The notes beneath the pieces are model-generated. The model did not search any database. It was not told where the DNA came from and saw nothing but the letters and a program-made list of their open reading frames with translations. Shown here piece after piece: positions 17,152 through 24,470 of a DNA stretch of 64,000 nucleotides (position 1 is the stretch's first letter; every line of letters starts with the position of its first letter). Made by a program: the position numbers and the translations under genes. The stretch is from Actinomycetota bacterium (GTDB lineage Bacteria; Actinomycetota; UBA4738): NCBI GenBank assembly GCA_035573915.1, contig DATLZQ010000019.1, positions 1,573-65,572 on the forward strand, in the 5' to 3' direction.

Positions 17152-18078
17152 ATGGCCTTCGCCACCGACCTCGCGGCCCAGCGGAAGGACCTGGCCGCCC
17201 GGCTGGGGCGGGTGGGGGTGTGGACGTTCGCGCTGGACCGGACGAGCGCCTCCGAGGCCCGGGAGTTCGTGGCCGCCGTGGAGGAGATGGGGTTCCGGGC
17301 CCTGTGGATCCCCGAGGGCCTGGGGAGCAAGGAGGCCTTCGTCCACGCCGCCGTCCTGCTCGCCGCGGGGCGGTCCCTCGTCGTGGCCACCGGCATCGCG
17401 AGCATCTGGGCCCGGGACCCTGTGGCCATGGCCAACGGGGCCCGGGCTCTGGAGGACGCCTTCCCCGGGCGGTTCGTCCTGGGCATGGGGGTGAGCCACG
17501 AGTTCTCGGTATCTCGCCGGGGGCACGAGTACCGGCAGCCCTACCGGCGGATGGTGGCCTACCTCAAGGCCATGGAGGAGGCCCGCTACACTGGCCCCAA
17601 CAAGCAGGGGTGGCCCCCGATCGTCCTGGCCGCCCTGGGGCCCCGCATGCTGCGCCTGGCCGCGGAACGAACGGCCGGGGCCCACCCCTACTTCGTCCCC
17701 GTGGAGCACACCGAGTTCGCCCGACGGACCATGGGCCCCGGGCCCCTGCTCCTGCCCGAGCAGGCGGCGGTGCTGGAGACCGACCCGGGCCGGGCCCGGG
17801 CCGTGGCCCGGGCCTTCATGGAGCACTACCTGGAGCTCCCCAACTACGCCAACAACCTCCGTCGGCTGGGGTGGAAGGAGGAGGACCTGGCTGGCGGGGG
17901 GAGCGACCGCCTGGTGGACGCCATCGTGGCCTGGGGGGACGTGGAGGCCGTCCGGGCCCGGGTCCGGGCCCACCTCGACGCCGGCGCCGATCACGTCTCC
18001 GTCCAGGTCCTCACCGAGGACCCCCGGCGCCTCCCCACCCCGGAGCTCCGCGAGCTCGCCCCCGCCCTGGTCGAGTAG
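17152..18078 (+). CDS. LLM-class F420-dependent (luciferase-like) oxidoreductase
   Basis: Luciferase-like monooxygenase fold, 308 aa (...GFRALWIPEGLGSKEAFVHAAVLLAAG...), of the actinobacterial F420-dependent subclass. Confidence 0.75.
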   Translation: MAFATDLAAQRKDLAARLGRVGVWTFALDRTSASEAREFVAAVEEMGFRALWIPEGLGSKEAFVHAAVLLAAGRSLVVATGIASIWARDPVAMANGARALEDAFPGRFVLGMGVSHEFSVSRRGHEYRQPYRRMVAYLKAMEEARYTGPNKQGWPPIVLAALGPRMLRLAAERTAGAHPYFVPVEHTEFARRTMGPGPLLLPEQAAVLETDPGRARAVARAFMEHYLELPNYANNLRRLGWKEEDLAGGGSDRLVDAIVAWGDVEAVRARVRAHLDAGADHVSVQVLTEDPRRLPTPELRELAPALVE

Positions 18079-18095
18079 CGGCCGGGACGGGGGCC

Positions 18096-18773
18096 TCAGC
18101 GGTCCCAGCGCTTGGGGTAGCGGGCCCGGAGGTCCTCGACGAGTTCGGCCAGGGCGGCCATCACGCGCTCGGTCAGGCGCCGCACGGCGGCCGGGTCGTC
18201 CCGGCCCTCGGCCAGCGCCGAGAGGTCCAGGGCCTCCCCCACCCTGAGCCAGATGGGCCGCCCGAACCGCAGGCTCCGGGGGCCCCCGCGCTGCCACACC
18301 CGGTGGGACCCCCACACCGCCACGGGGAGGACCGGGACTCCGGTGGCCAGGGCCAGCCTGGCCACCCCGGTCTTGCCTTGCATGGGGCGGCGCTCGGGGT
18401 CCCGGGTCACGGTGGCCTCCGGGTAGACCACCACCGCCTCCCCCCGCCGAAGGGCCCGGGCCGCCTCCTCGAGGGGCGCCTGCGAGCCGCTCCCCCGCTC
18501 CACGGGGATCTGCCCGGTGCCCTGGAGGATCCGTCCGAGGAGGGGGTGGTCGAAGAGCTCCCGCTTGGCCAGGAACCGCGGCCGCCGCCCGGCCCGCACC
18601 AGGAGGTAGGCGTGGGCCAGGGGGTCGAAGTAGGAGATGTGGTTGGCGGCCACGAGGACGGGGCCCTCCCGGGGGACCCGCTCCAGCCCTTCGAACCGCC
18701 AGTCGAACCAGAGGGCCAGGGGCGGGCGGAGGAGGAGCTCGACCAGACGAAACCAGGGTTCGGCCTTGCGCAC
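18096..18773 (-). CDS. plsC: 1-acyl-sn-glycerol-3-phosphate acyltransferase
   Basis: HxxxxD acyltransferase motif (VAANHISYFDPL) and FLAKRELFDHPLLGRIL...PEATV (the EGTR-type block). GTG start at 18773 chosen. The upstream part of the ORF is unlikely to be coding. Confidence 0.7.
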   Translation of the reverse strand: MRKAEPWFRLVELLLRPPLALWFDWRFEGLERVPREGPVLVAANHISYFDPLAHAYLLVRAGRRPRFLAKRELFDHPLLGRILQGTGQIPVERGSGSQAPLEEAARALRRGEAVVVYPEATVTRDPERRPMQGKTGVARLALATGVPVLPVAVWGSHRVWQRGGPRSLRFGRPIWLRVGEALDLSALAEGRDDPAAVRRLTERVMAALAELVEDLRARYPKRWDR

Positions 18774-18816
18774 GGACGGCTCCGGGACCAGGGGCGCGGC
18801 TATTCTAGCCCCCGAC

Positions 18817-19476
18817 GTGCGGGTGATCGCGGTCCCGGTGAAGGACCCGGCTCGGGCCAAGGCGCGGCTCGCGACGCTCCTCGGCCCCGAGGAGCGGGCC
18901 CGGCTCACTCTGGCCATGCTGGAGGACGTGCTGGAGGCCGCCCTAGCCCAGGTCGGCTGGGAGGTGTGGGTGGTCTCGCCCTCGGTGGCGGCCCTGGAGA
19001 CGGGCGCCGCCCGGGGGGCCCGGCCGGTCCCCGAGCACACCGGGTCCCTCCGCGGTGCCGTCCGCCACGTCGAGGCTCTCCTCGGGACGGCCGCCGCTCG
19101 GCCCCGGAAGCCGGGCACAGAGCTGGCCGTCCTCCTCGCCGACCTGCCGCTCCTGACCGCGGCGTCTCTGGGGTTGGCCCTCTCCACCCCGGGCGCGGTG
19201 GTGGCGGCACCGGCCACGGACGGAGGGACCAACCTCCTCCTCCGCCGCCCCCCCTCGGTGGTGCCGGCCCGGTTCGGCCGGGACTCGTTCCGACGCCACC
19301 GGTGGGAGGCGGCCCGGGCGGGGGTGTCCTTTCGCGCAGTGCGGCGGCCGGAGCTCGCCTTCGACCTGGACCGCCCCGACGAGCTCCTCGCCGTCCTGGA
19401 GGCCGACCAGCCGACCCGGACCCGGTCGGCCTGCCTGGAGCTTGGCCTGCCGGGGCGGTTCCGGGTGGGGGCCTGA
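18817..19476 (+). CDS. cofC: 2-phospho-L-lactate guanylyltransferase (coenzyme F420 biosynthesis)
   Basis: VRVIAVPVKDPARAKARLATLLGPEERARLTLAMLEDVL is the CofC/FbiD N-terminus. GTG start at 18817 or 18823. Divergent from plsC. Confidence 0.7.
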   Translation: MRVIAVPVKDPARAKARLATLLGPEERARLTLAMLEDVLEAALAQVGWEVWVVSPSVAALETGAARGARPVPEHTGSLRGAVRHVEALLGTAAARPRKPGTELAVLLADLPLLTAASLGLALSTPGAVVAAPATDGGTNLLLRRPPSVVPARFGRDSFRRHRWEAARAGVSFRAVRRPELAFDLDRPDELLAVLEADQPTRTRSACLELGLPGRFRVGA

Positions 19477-19549
19477 GCCGGGCGCGGTCGCCCAGGGCCG
19501 GGGCCCAGGGCGAGAGCGTGCCCGAGGGAGCACGGACGAAGGGAGCGGG

Positions 19550-19759
19550 ATGCCGCAGGGAACGGTCAAGGACTACGACGCCGAACGGCGGGTGGGGTCC
19601 CTGCTCATGGACGACCGGACCGAGGTCCTCATCGACCCGGTGTCCGTGGAGGGGTCCGGCATCCGCCACCTCCGCCTCGGCCAGCGGGTGGTCTTCGACC
19701 TGGTGGAGGAGGGCGGGGCCAAGGTGGCCCGCAACCTCCGGATCATCACCTTCGCCTGA
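19550..19759 (+). CDS. Cold-shock-domain-like small protein
   Basis: A 69-aa protein, MPQGTVKDYDAERRVGSLLMDDRTEVLIDPVSVEGSGIRHLRLGQRVVFDLVEEGGAKVARNLRIITFA, with a CSD-like N-terminus (M.QGTVK.YDAE). ATG start with GAAGGGAG upstream. Confidence 0.55.
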   Translation: MPQGTVKDYDAERRVGSLLMDDRTEVLIDPVSVEGSGIRHLRLGQRVVFDLVEEGGAKVARNLRIITFA

Positions 19760-19797
19760 AGCGGAGGCCACCCGGGCCGACCGCTAGACTGCCGGGC

Positions 19798-20721
19798 ATG
19801 GCCCCGGTGGTCAGGGCTCGCGGGCTCGTGAAGCGCTATGGGTCCCTGGAGGCCGTCCGGGGCATCGACTTCGAGGTCCACCGCTCGGAGTGCTTCGGAT
19901 TCCTGGGGCCCAACGGGGCCGGCAAGACCACCACCATGCGGATGATCTCCTGCGTCTCCCCGCCCACGGCCGGGGAGCTCAAGGTGTTCGGGATGCCGGC
20001 CTGGGCGGCGGGCCGGGCCGTCCGCCGAAGGACCGGGGTGGTCCCCCAGGAGAACAACCTGGACGAGGAGGTGAGCGTCCTCGAGAACCTCCTCATCTAC
20101 GCGCGTTACTTCGACATCCCCCCGCGGGTCTCCCGGCCCCGGGCGGAGTCGCTCCTGCGGTTCGTGGCGCTCGAGGACAAGGCGGACTGGCCCATCCCCC
20201 GCCTCTCCGGGGGCATGAAGCGGCGGCTGCTCATCGCCCGGGCCCTGATGAACGAGCCGGACCTCCTCATCCTGGACGAGCCCACCACGGGCCTGGACCC
20301 CCAGGCCCGCCACCTGGTGTGGGAGAAGCTCCGGTCCCTGCGGCGGGAGGGGGTGACGCTCCTCCTCACCACCCACTACATGGAGGAAGCCCACCAGCTC
20401 TGCGACCGGCTGGTCATCATGCACGAGGGCCGAATCCTGGTGGAGGGCTCGCCGAGGGAGGTGGTGGCCCGCCACACGGCCCCGTTCGTCGTGGAGGTCT
20501 TCGAGCCGCCCCCGGAGTCCCTCCCCGGGCTGGCCGCCCTGGAAGCCGTCGTGGAGCGGGTGGAGCGGCTCCCGGACCGCTGGCTCTTCTACGCCCAGGA
20601 CGGGGAGGCCCTGCTGGCCAAGACCCGGTCCCTGCCCCTGGACCCTGCCTCGGTGTGGCTCCGGGGGGCCACCCTCGAGGACGTGTTCCTGGCCCTCACC
20701 GGAAGGGGGCTCCTCGAGTGA
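19798..20721 (+). CDS. ABC transporter ATP-binding protein (DrrA/NodI-like, ABC-2 exporter)
   Basis: Walker A GPNGAGKTTTMRM, signature LSGGMKRRLLIARAL, Walker B LILDEPTTGLD. Confidence 0.85.
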   Translation: MAPVVRARGLVKRYGSLEAVRGIDFEVHRSECFGFLGPNGAGKTTTMRMISCVSPPTAGELKVFGMPAWAAGRAVRRRTGVVPQENNLDEEVSVLENLLIYARYFDIPPRVSRPRAESLLRFVALEDKADWPIPRLSGGMKRRLLIARALMNEPDLLILDEPTTGLDPQARHLVWEKLRSLRREGVTLLLTTHYMEEAHQLCDRLVIMHEGRILVEGSPREVVARHTAPFVVEVFEPPPESLPGLAALEAVVERVERLPDRWLFYAQDGEALLAKTRSLPLDPASVWLRGATLEDVFLALTGRGLLE

Positions 20722-21545
20722 GCCGCACGGCGACGGTGGCCCCCGCAAGGCGGAGCCTGCTCCGGGACCTCCTGCGGGTCCCCGACGTCCGCCTCCGCTC
20801 CGCCTGGCACCTCTGGGAGCGCAACGCCGCCATCTACCGGCGGACCTACCGGATGAACCTCCTGCCGAACTTCTTCGAGCCCCTCCTCTACCTGCTGGCC
20901 ATGGGGCTGGGGCTGGGGGCCTACCTGGCCCGCATCCAGGGGTTCGAGTACATCGACTTCATCGCGCCGGGGCTGGTGGCCACGGCGGCCATGTTCGGGG
21001 CGTCCTTCGAGGTGACCTACAACTGCTTCGTGAAGATGCAGTTCGGGCGGGTCTACGACGCGGCCATGGCCACCCCCCTCACCGTCGAGGATGTGGGGCT
21101 GGGGGAGCTGCTCTGGGCCACCACCCGGGCCCTGGTCTACGGCGTCGTGTTCCTGGCCATCGCCGCGGCCTTCGGGACGGTCCACTCATGGTGGGCCCTG
21201 CTGGCCCCGCTGAGCGTGGCCCTGGTGGGGATGATGTTCGCCGTCATCGGCCTCACGTTCACCGCGGTCATCCCCCTCATCGACTACTACTCGTTCTACT
21301 GGACCCTGTGGATCACCCCCATGTTCCTCTTCAGCGGGGTGTTCTTCCCCCTTGACCGGCTGCCCGGGTGGGTCCAGGCCGTCGCCTGGTTCGTCCCCCT
21401 GCACCAGGCGGTGAACCTCATGCGGGCCCTCCTGCTCACCGGGGACCCCGGGGCCGCCGGCGCGGCGGCCCTGTGGGTGGGGGCCGTGACGGCCGGGCTG
21501 TTCGTCCTGCCCCTCAACCTCCTGCGCCGTCGGCTGGTGCGCTGA
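20718..21545 (+). CDS. ABC-2 family transporter permease (partner of the preceding ATPase)
   Basis: GTGA overlap with the ATPase stop. Six TM helices. ABC-2/NodJ-like topology. Confidence 0.8.
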   Translation: MSRTATVAPARRSLLRDLLRVPDVRLRSAWHLWERNAAIYRRTYRMNLLPNFFEPLLYLLAMGLGLGAYLARIQGFEYIDFIAPGLVATAAMFGASFEVTYNCFVKMQFGRVYDAAMATPLTVEDVGLGELLWATTRALVYGVVFLAIAAAFGTVHSWWALLAPLSVALVGMMFAVIGLTFTAVIPLIDYYSFYWTLWITPMFLFSGVFFPLDRLPGWVQAVAWFVPLHQAVNLMRALLLTGDPGAAGAAALWVGAVTAGLFVLPLNLLRRRLVR

Positions 21546-21586
21546 GCCCGAGGCGGCCGTCCGGGGCGCCGTGGGCCCGGGGTCGT

Positions 21587-21961
21587 TCAGCGGCGCCGCG
21601 TGGCCGACGGGGCCCGCGCGGAGTGGCGACCGGCGCTCTCGGGGAGCCGCGGGCCCTGCAGGGTCCTGGCCCGAGGACTCACCCGACGCCTGGCCACGGC
21701 CTCCCGGAAGGGCCTCCCGGGGCGGAAGGCGGGCACTGGCCGGGACGGGAGACGGATGGTGCGCCCGGCCCCGATGTCGCGGGCCGTCCGCCGGGCCCGG
21801 ACCACGCGGAGGAACGTCCCGAACCCCGACAGGACCACCTTCTCCCCCCGGACCACGGCCCGGGCCACGGTGGCAAGGAAGGCGTCCACCACCAGGGCCA
21901 CGTCCCGAGGGGGGAGCCTGGTCCGGTCGGCGATCTCCTCGACCAGCTGACGCTTGTTCAC
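21587..21961 (-). CDS. hup: HU-family nucleoid-associated DNA-binding protein with Arg/Ala/Pro-rich C-terminal tail
   Basis: VNKRQLVEEIADRTRLPPRDVALVVDAFLATVARAVVRGEKVVLSGFGTFLRVVRARRTARDIGAGRTIRLPSRPVPAFRPGRPFREAV is a HU/IHF fold. GTG start with GGAGGGAGG upstream. The basic tail is typical of actinobacterial HU. Confidence 0.8.
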   Translation of the reverse strand: MNKRQLVEEIADRTRLPPRDVALVVDAFLATVARAVVRGEKVVLSGFGTFLRVVRARRTARDIGAGRTIRLPSRPVPAFRPGRPFREAVARRRVSPRARTLQGPRLPESAGRHSARAPSATRRR

Positions 21962-22031
21962 CCCGCCTCCCTCCAGCCTCGCGGTCGGCCCGGCGTGGGC
22001 CCGAAGGGCCGGAGGGACCGGCGGGCGCTTC

Positions 22032-22102
22032 GCTGCGGGGCAAGGACTCGAACCTTGACTTCGTGGTCCAGAGCCACGCGGGCTGCCATTACCCCACCCC
22101 GC
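22032..22102 (-). tRNA. tRNA-Gln (anticodon CTG)
   Basis: Folded by eye on the minus strand: a 7-bp acceptor stem (UGCGGGG/CCCCGCA), anticodon stem CGTGG/CCACG with loop CUCUGGA, and T-arm CAAGG-TTCGAGT-CCTTG. CCA is not encoded. Confidence 0.7.
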
Positions 22103-22194
22103 ACTGGCATTCCCTCCCAGTGTACCGGCCGCCGCCCCCCGGCCCGGGCGACTCCACCGTCCGACCCTCGGCTCTCCTCTCGAGCGTTGGCCCG

Positions 22195-22935
22195 CTAGCG
22201 TCCGGGCGACCCCCGGTCGGCCCCGGCCACCAGGCGCTGGGCCAGCCGCACCTGCTCCTCGATGGCTTCCATGATCCGGCGGGTGAGGGCGAGGACGGCC
22301 TCCTGGTCCGGCGCCGCCCGTTCGGGCGCCGCCTCCGCCGACCCCGAGGCCTCTGGATCGATGGGCTCCCCCACGGCCACGGCCAGCGCGAGCCGGCGAA
22401 GGGGTCGCCACCGCAGGCCCGCCCGGGGCCAGCGGGCCTGCGTGCCCCACACCCCCACCGGGACCACGGGGACCCTGGCGGCCAGGGCCACCCGGGCCAC
22501 GCCCGGGCGCCCCCGGAGGGGGAACTCCCCGTCCGCCACCCGGCCCTCCGGAAAGATGCCTGCCAGGCCGCCCTGGCGGACGAAGGCCATCACCTCCTCG
22601 AGCGCCCGCAGGTCCCGCGCCCCGCGCCGGACCGGGATCTGGCCCATCAGGCGAAGGGGCGGGCCCCAGACGGGGTGGTGGAAGAACTCGACGGCGGCGA
22701 GGAACCGCACCATGCGGCGCCGCCGGACCACCCCCAGAGCGATGGCCAGGGGGTCGAGCACGCTCACGTGGTTGGCGGCCAGGAGGGCCGGACAGCCGGG
22801 CTCGGGGATACGCTCGAGCCCCGAAAACCGCAGGTCGAAGGCCAGCCCGAAGGCCGGGCGGACCAGGGCCTCGGCCACCCGCCACAGGAGGCTGCGCTCG
22901 TCGCCCGGTCCAGCCCTCGCCCGCTCCGTTCGGTC
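22195..22935 (-). CDS. Second 1-acyl-sn-glycerol-3-phosphate acyltransferase-family (PlsC-like) protein
   Basis: LLAANHVSVLDPLAIAL (HxxxxD), ...FLAAVEFFHHPVWGPPLRLMGQIPVRRG..., IFPEGRV. The start is uncertain (TTG near 22935 with GGGAGA). The ORF stays open upstream into a low-complexity Pro/Arg-rich region. Confidence 0.6.
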   Translation of the reverse strand, partial: DRTERARAGPGDERSLLWRVAEALVRPAFGLAFDLRFSGLERIPEPGCPALLAANHVSVLDPLAIALGVVRRRRMVRFLAAVEFFHHPVWGPPLRLMGQIPVRRGARDLRALEEVMAFVRQGGLAGIFPEGRVADGEFPLRGRPGVARVALAARVPVVPVGVWGTQARWPRAGLRWRPLRRLALAVAVGEPIDPEASGSAEAAPERAAPDQEAVLALTRRIMEAIEEQVRLAQRLVAGADRGSPGR

Positions 22936-23077
22936 GTCCAAAGGGTCTCCCACCGCGCGTGCTCGTCTCCCGTCCCCGAGGGGGCGCCGGGCCAGGCGCG
23001 AATCCTCGCCCCCGCGCTCCGGGAGGTCGCCGGGTGGGATTGAACCCGCCCCGAGGGGGAAACGTCCAGTTGTGGTG

Positions 23078-23623
23078 ATGGAGGTCCTCCTGGCAGCGCT
23101 CGTCCTGGCAGCCACAGGCTGGCTGGTGGTGGCCGTGTCCCTGGACGGCACCGTGCGGCTCCGGCTTCCGAGCCTTCGACTCGGTCGCCCGCACCTCCTC
23201 CCCGCCCCCCCGCTCCGGCGAGCGCGTTCGGCCCGGCGCGGGGGTTGGCCCCGGGGCGGGGGTTCGGCGCAGGGCAGGGGTTCGGCCCGGGAGGTCGGTT
23301 CGTTCCCGGGCACGGGTTCGACCCGCGGGGTCGGTTCGCTCAGGGGCTGGGATTGGCCCCGAGGCGCGGTTCCGTGGCCGGCGGGGCCCTCGACCCTGGC
23401 CGACGACCTCTGGCGGGGGGCCCGGGCCCGCCGGGAGGGTCGCCTCCGGCCGGCTGAGGCCGCTGCCCCGACACGATGGCGGGACCGTGGCGATGTCGAG
23501 CGGCGGGTGGGGGCGGCCCTCCGCCTCCTGGTCGTCGTGACGGTCCTGGGGGTGGGGCTGGGGGCGGTCCTGGCCACGGCCCTCTTCACGACCGTGGGCC
23601 GCTCCCCGGCGCTGGCGCCCTGA
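23078..23623 (+). CDS. Candidate ORF: two hydrophobic helices flanking a Gly/Arg-rich repetitive core (very uncertain; alternative is a minus-strand Pro-rich N-terminal extension of the PlsC-like gene)
   Basis: N-terminal MEVLLAALVLAATGWLVVAVSL and C-terminal LRLLVVVTVLGVGLGAVLATALFTTV with good GC3. The core is encoded by the degenerate tandem repeats. The opposite strand also has coding-like GC3 (EPxP repeats). Confidence 0.25.
   Translation: MEVLLAALVLAATGWLVVAVSLDGTVRLRLPSLRLGRPHLLPAPPLRRARSARRGGWPRGGGSAQGRGSAREVGSFPGTGSTRGVGSLRGWDWPRGAVPWPAGPSTLADDLWRGARARREGRLRPAEAAAPTRWRDRGDVERRVGAALRLLVVVTVLGVGLGAVLATALFTTVGRSPALAP
23222..23390. repeat. About 9 degenerate tandem repeats of 17-19 bp with core GGTTCGGCCC
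   Basis: Read directly: gcgcgttcggcccggc / gcgggggttggccccgg / ggcgggggttcggcgca / gggcaggggttcggcccgg / gaggtcggttcgttcccgg / gcacgggttcgacccgc / ggggtcggttcgctcag / gggctgggattggccccgag / gcgcggttccgtggccggc. Confidence 0.6.
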
Positions 23624-23751
23624 CGGAGCCGGGCCGGGTCCACCTCTGCCGGGGCCGAAGGGCTGCCGGGGCGGAAGGGCCGAGGGTCGAACTGTCCGTC
23701 CTCCAACCGTCGTGGGTTGAACTGTCCGCCCGGTTCCTCTTTGATGGGCCC

Positions 23752-24273
23752 GTGACCGAACGGGCCGTGGGGAACCTGGACGAGGTCCTCGACAACCTCG
23801 GGGTGTTCCGTTGTCGTCCGGAGGACCTCGTGGCGACCTGCCCGTCAGGGTTCCGCCGGGTCCCCATCGCCACGGGGCCCGGGTACTACCTCTCCCTCCA
23901 GGGGTTCGCCCCGAACCAGGTGGCCTACGCCCACACGCATCCGGACTCTGAGGAATGGGTGGTCGTGCTCACCGGCACTGGGCGGGCCCTGTTCGCCGAG
24001 GCCCCCGTGCCGCTCTCCCCCGGCGTGGTGGTGGGCCGGGGGGCGTCGCACCCGCACGGGTTCGTGAGCGGGCCGGAAGGCCTGCACCTCCTCTCGCTTC
24101 AGCTCCCTCGGCCCGCCGAGGCCCGGACGAGCTGGGACCAGCCCGGCGAGACGACCCCGCCCATCCGTTGCGCCTTCGGGGGGACGTGCCGCCGATGTCC
24201 CCGCTGCGGTGGGCACAGCGCCTCCATGCCCGGGGGACGCTACTCCTGCGAGAACTGCGCCCTGGCTTTCTGA
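23752..24273 (+). CDS. Cupin-domain protein with C-terminal zinc-ribbon (CxxC...CxxC)
   Basis: Cupin motif AYAHTHPDSEEWVVVLTGTG...G..HPHGF. C-terminal CRRCPRCGG...YSCENC. GTG 23752 chosen as start because direct repeats (a promoter-like region) occupy 23684-23724. Confidence 0.6.
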   Translation: MTERAVGNLDEVLDNLGVFRCRPEDLVATCPSGFRRVPIATGPGYYLSLQGFAPNQVAYAHTHPDSEEWVVVLTGTGRALFAEAPVPLSPGVVVGRGASHPHGFVSGPEGLHLLSLQLPRPAEARTSWDQPGETTPPIRCAFGGTCRRCPRCGGHSASMPGGRYSCENCALAF

Positions 24274-24470
24274 CGGACGAAGGCACGGGCTGAAACAGCA
24301 GAGCCTCGCCGGCGGGCCCTGGCGTCTCGGCCGCAGCGGAAGCGGATCTGTGCGACCCGCCCGTCGGGAAATCCCGCCTCCTGCGAGCCCCGGGTGACCG
24401 CCCCTTTCCTCGGGTGCGACGAGCCGGCCCCGCCCTGGCGGAGGGCCGCCCCGAGCGGCATCATAACTCC

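Noticed and set aside
18637-18816. Upstream 60 codons of the 279-aa ORF containing cofC, and the MARVSRAR... extension of plsC
   Set aside because: cofC homology begins at VRVIAVPVK (GTG 18817). The upstream translations are low-complexity and would make the divergent genes overlap by about 100 bp.
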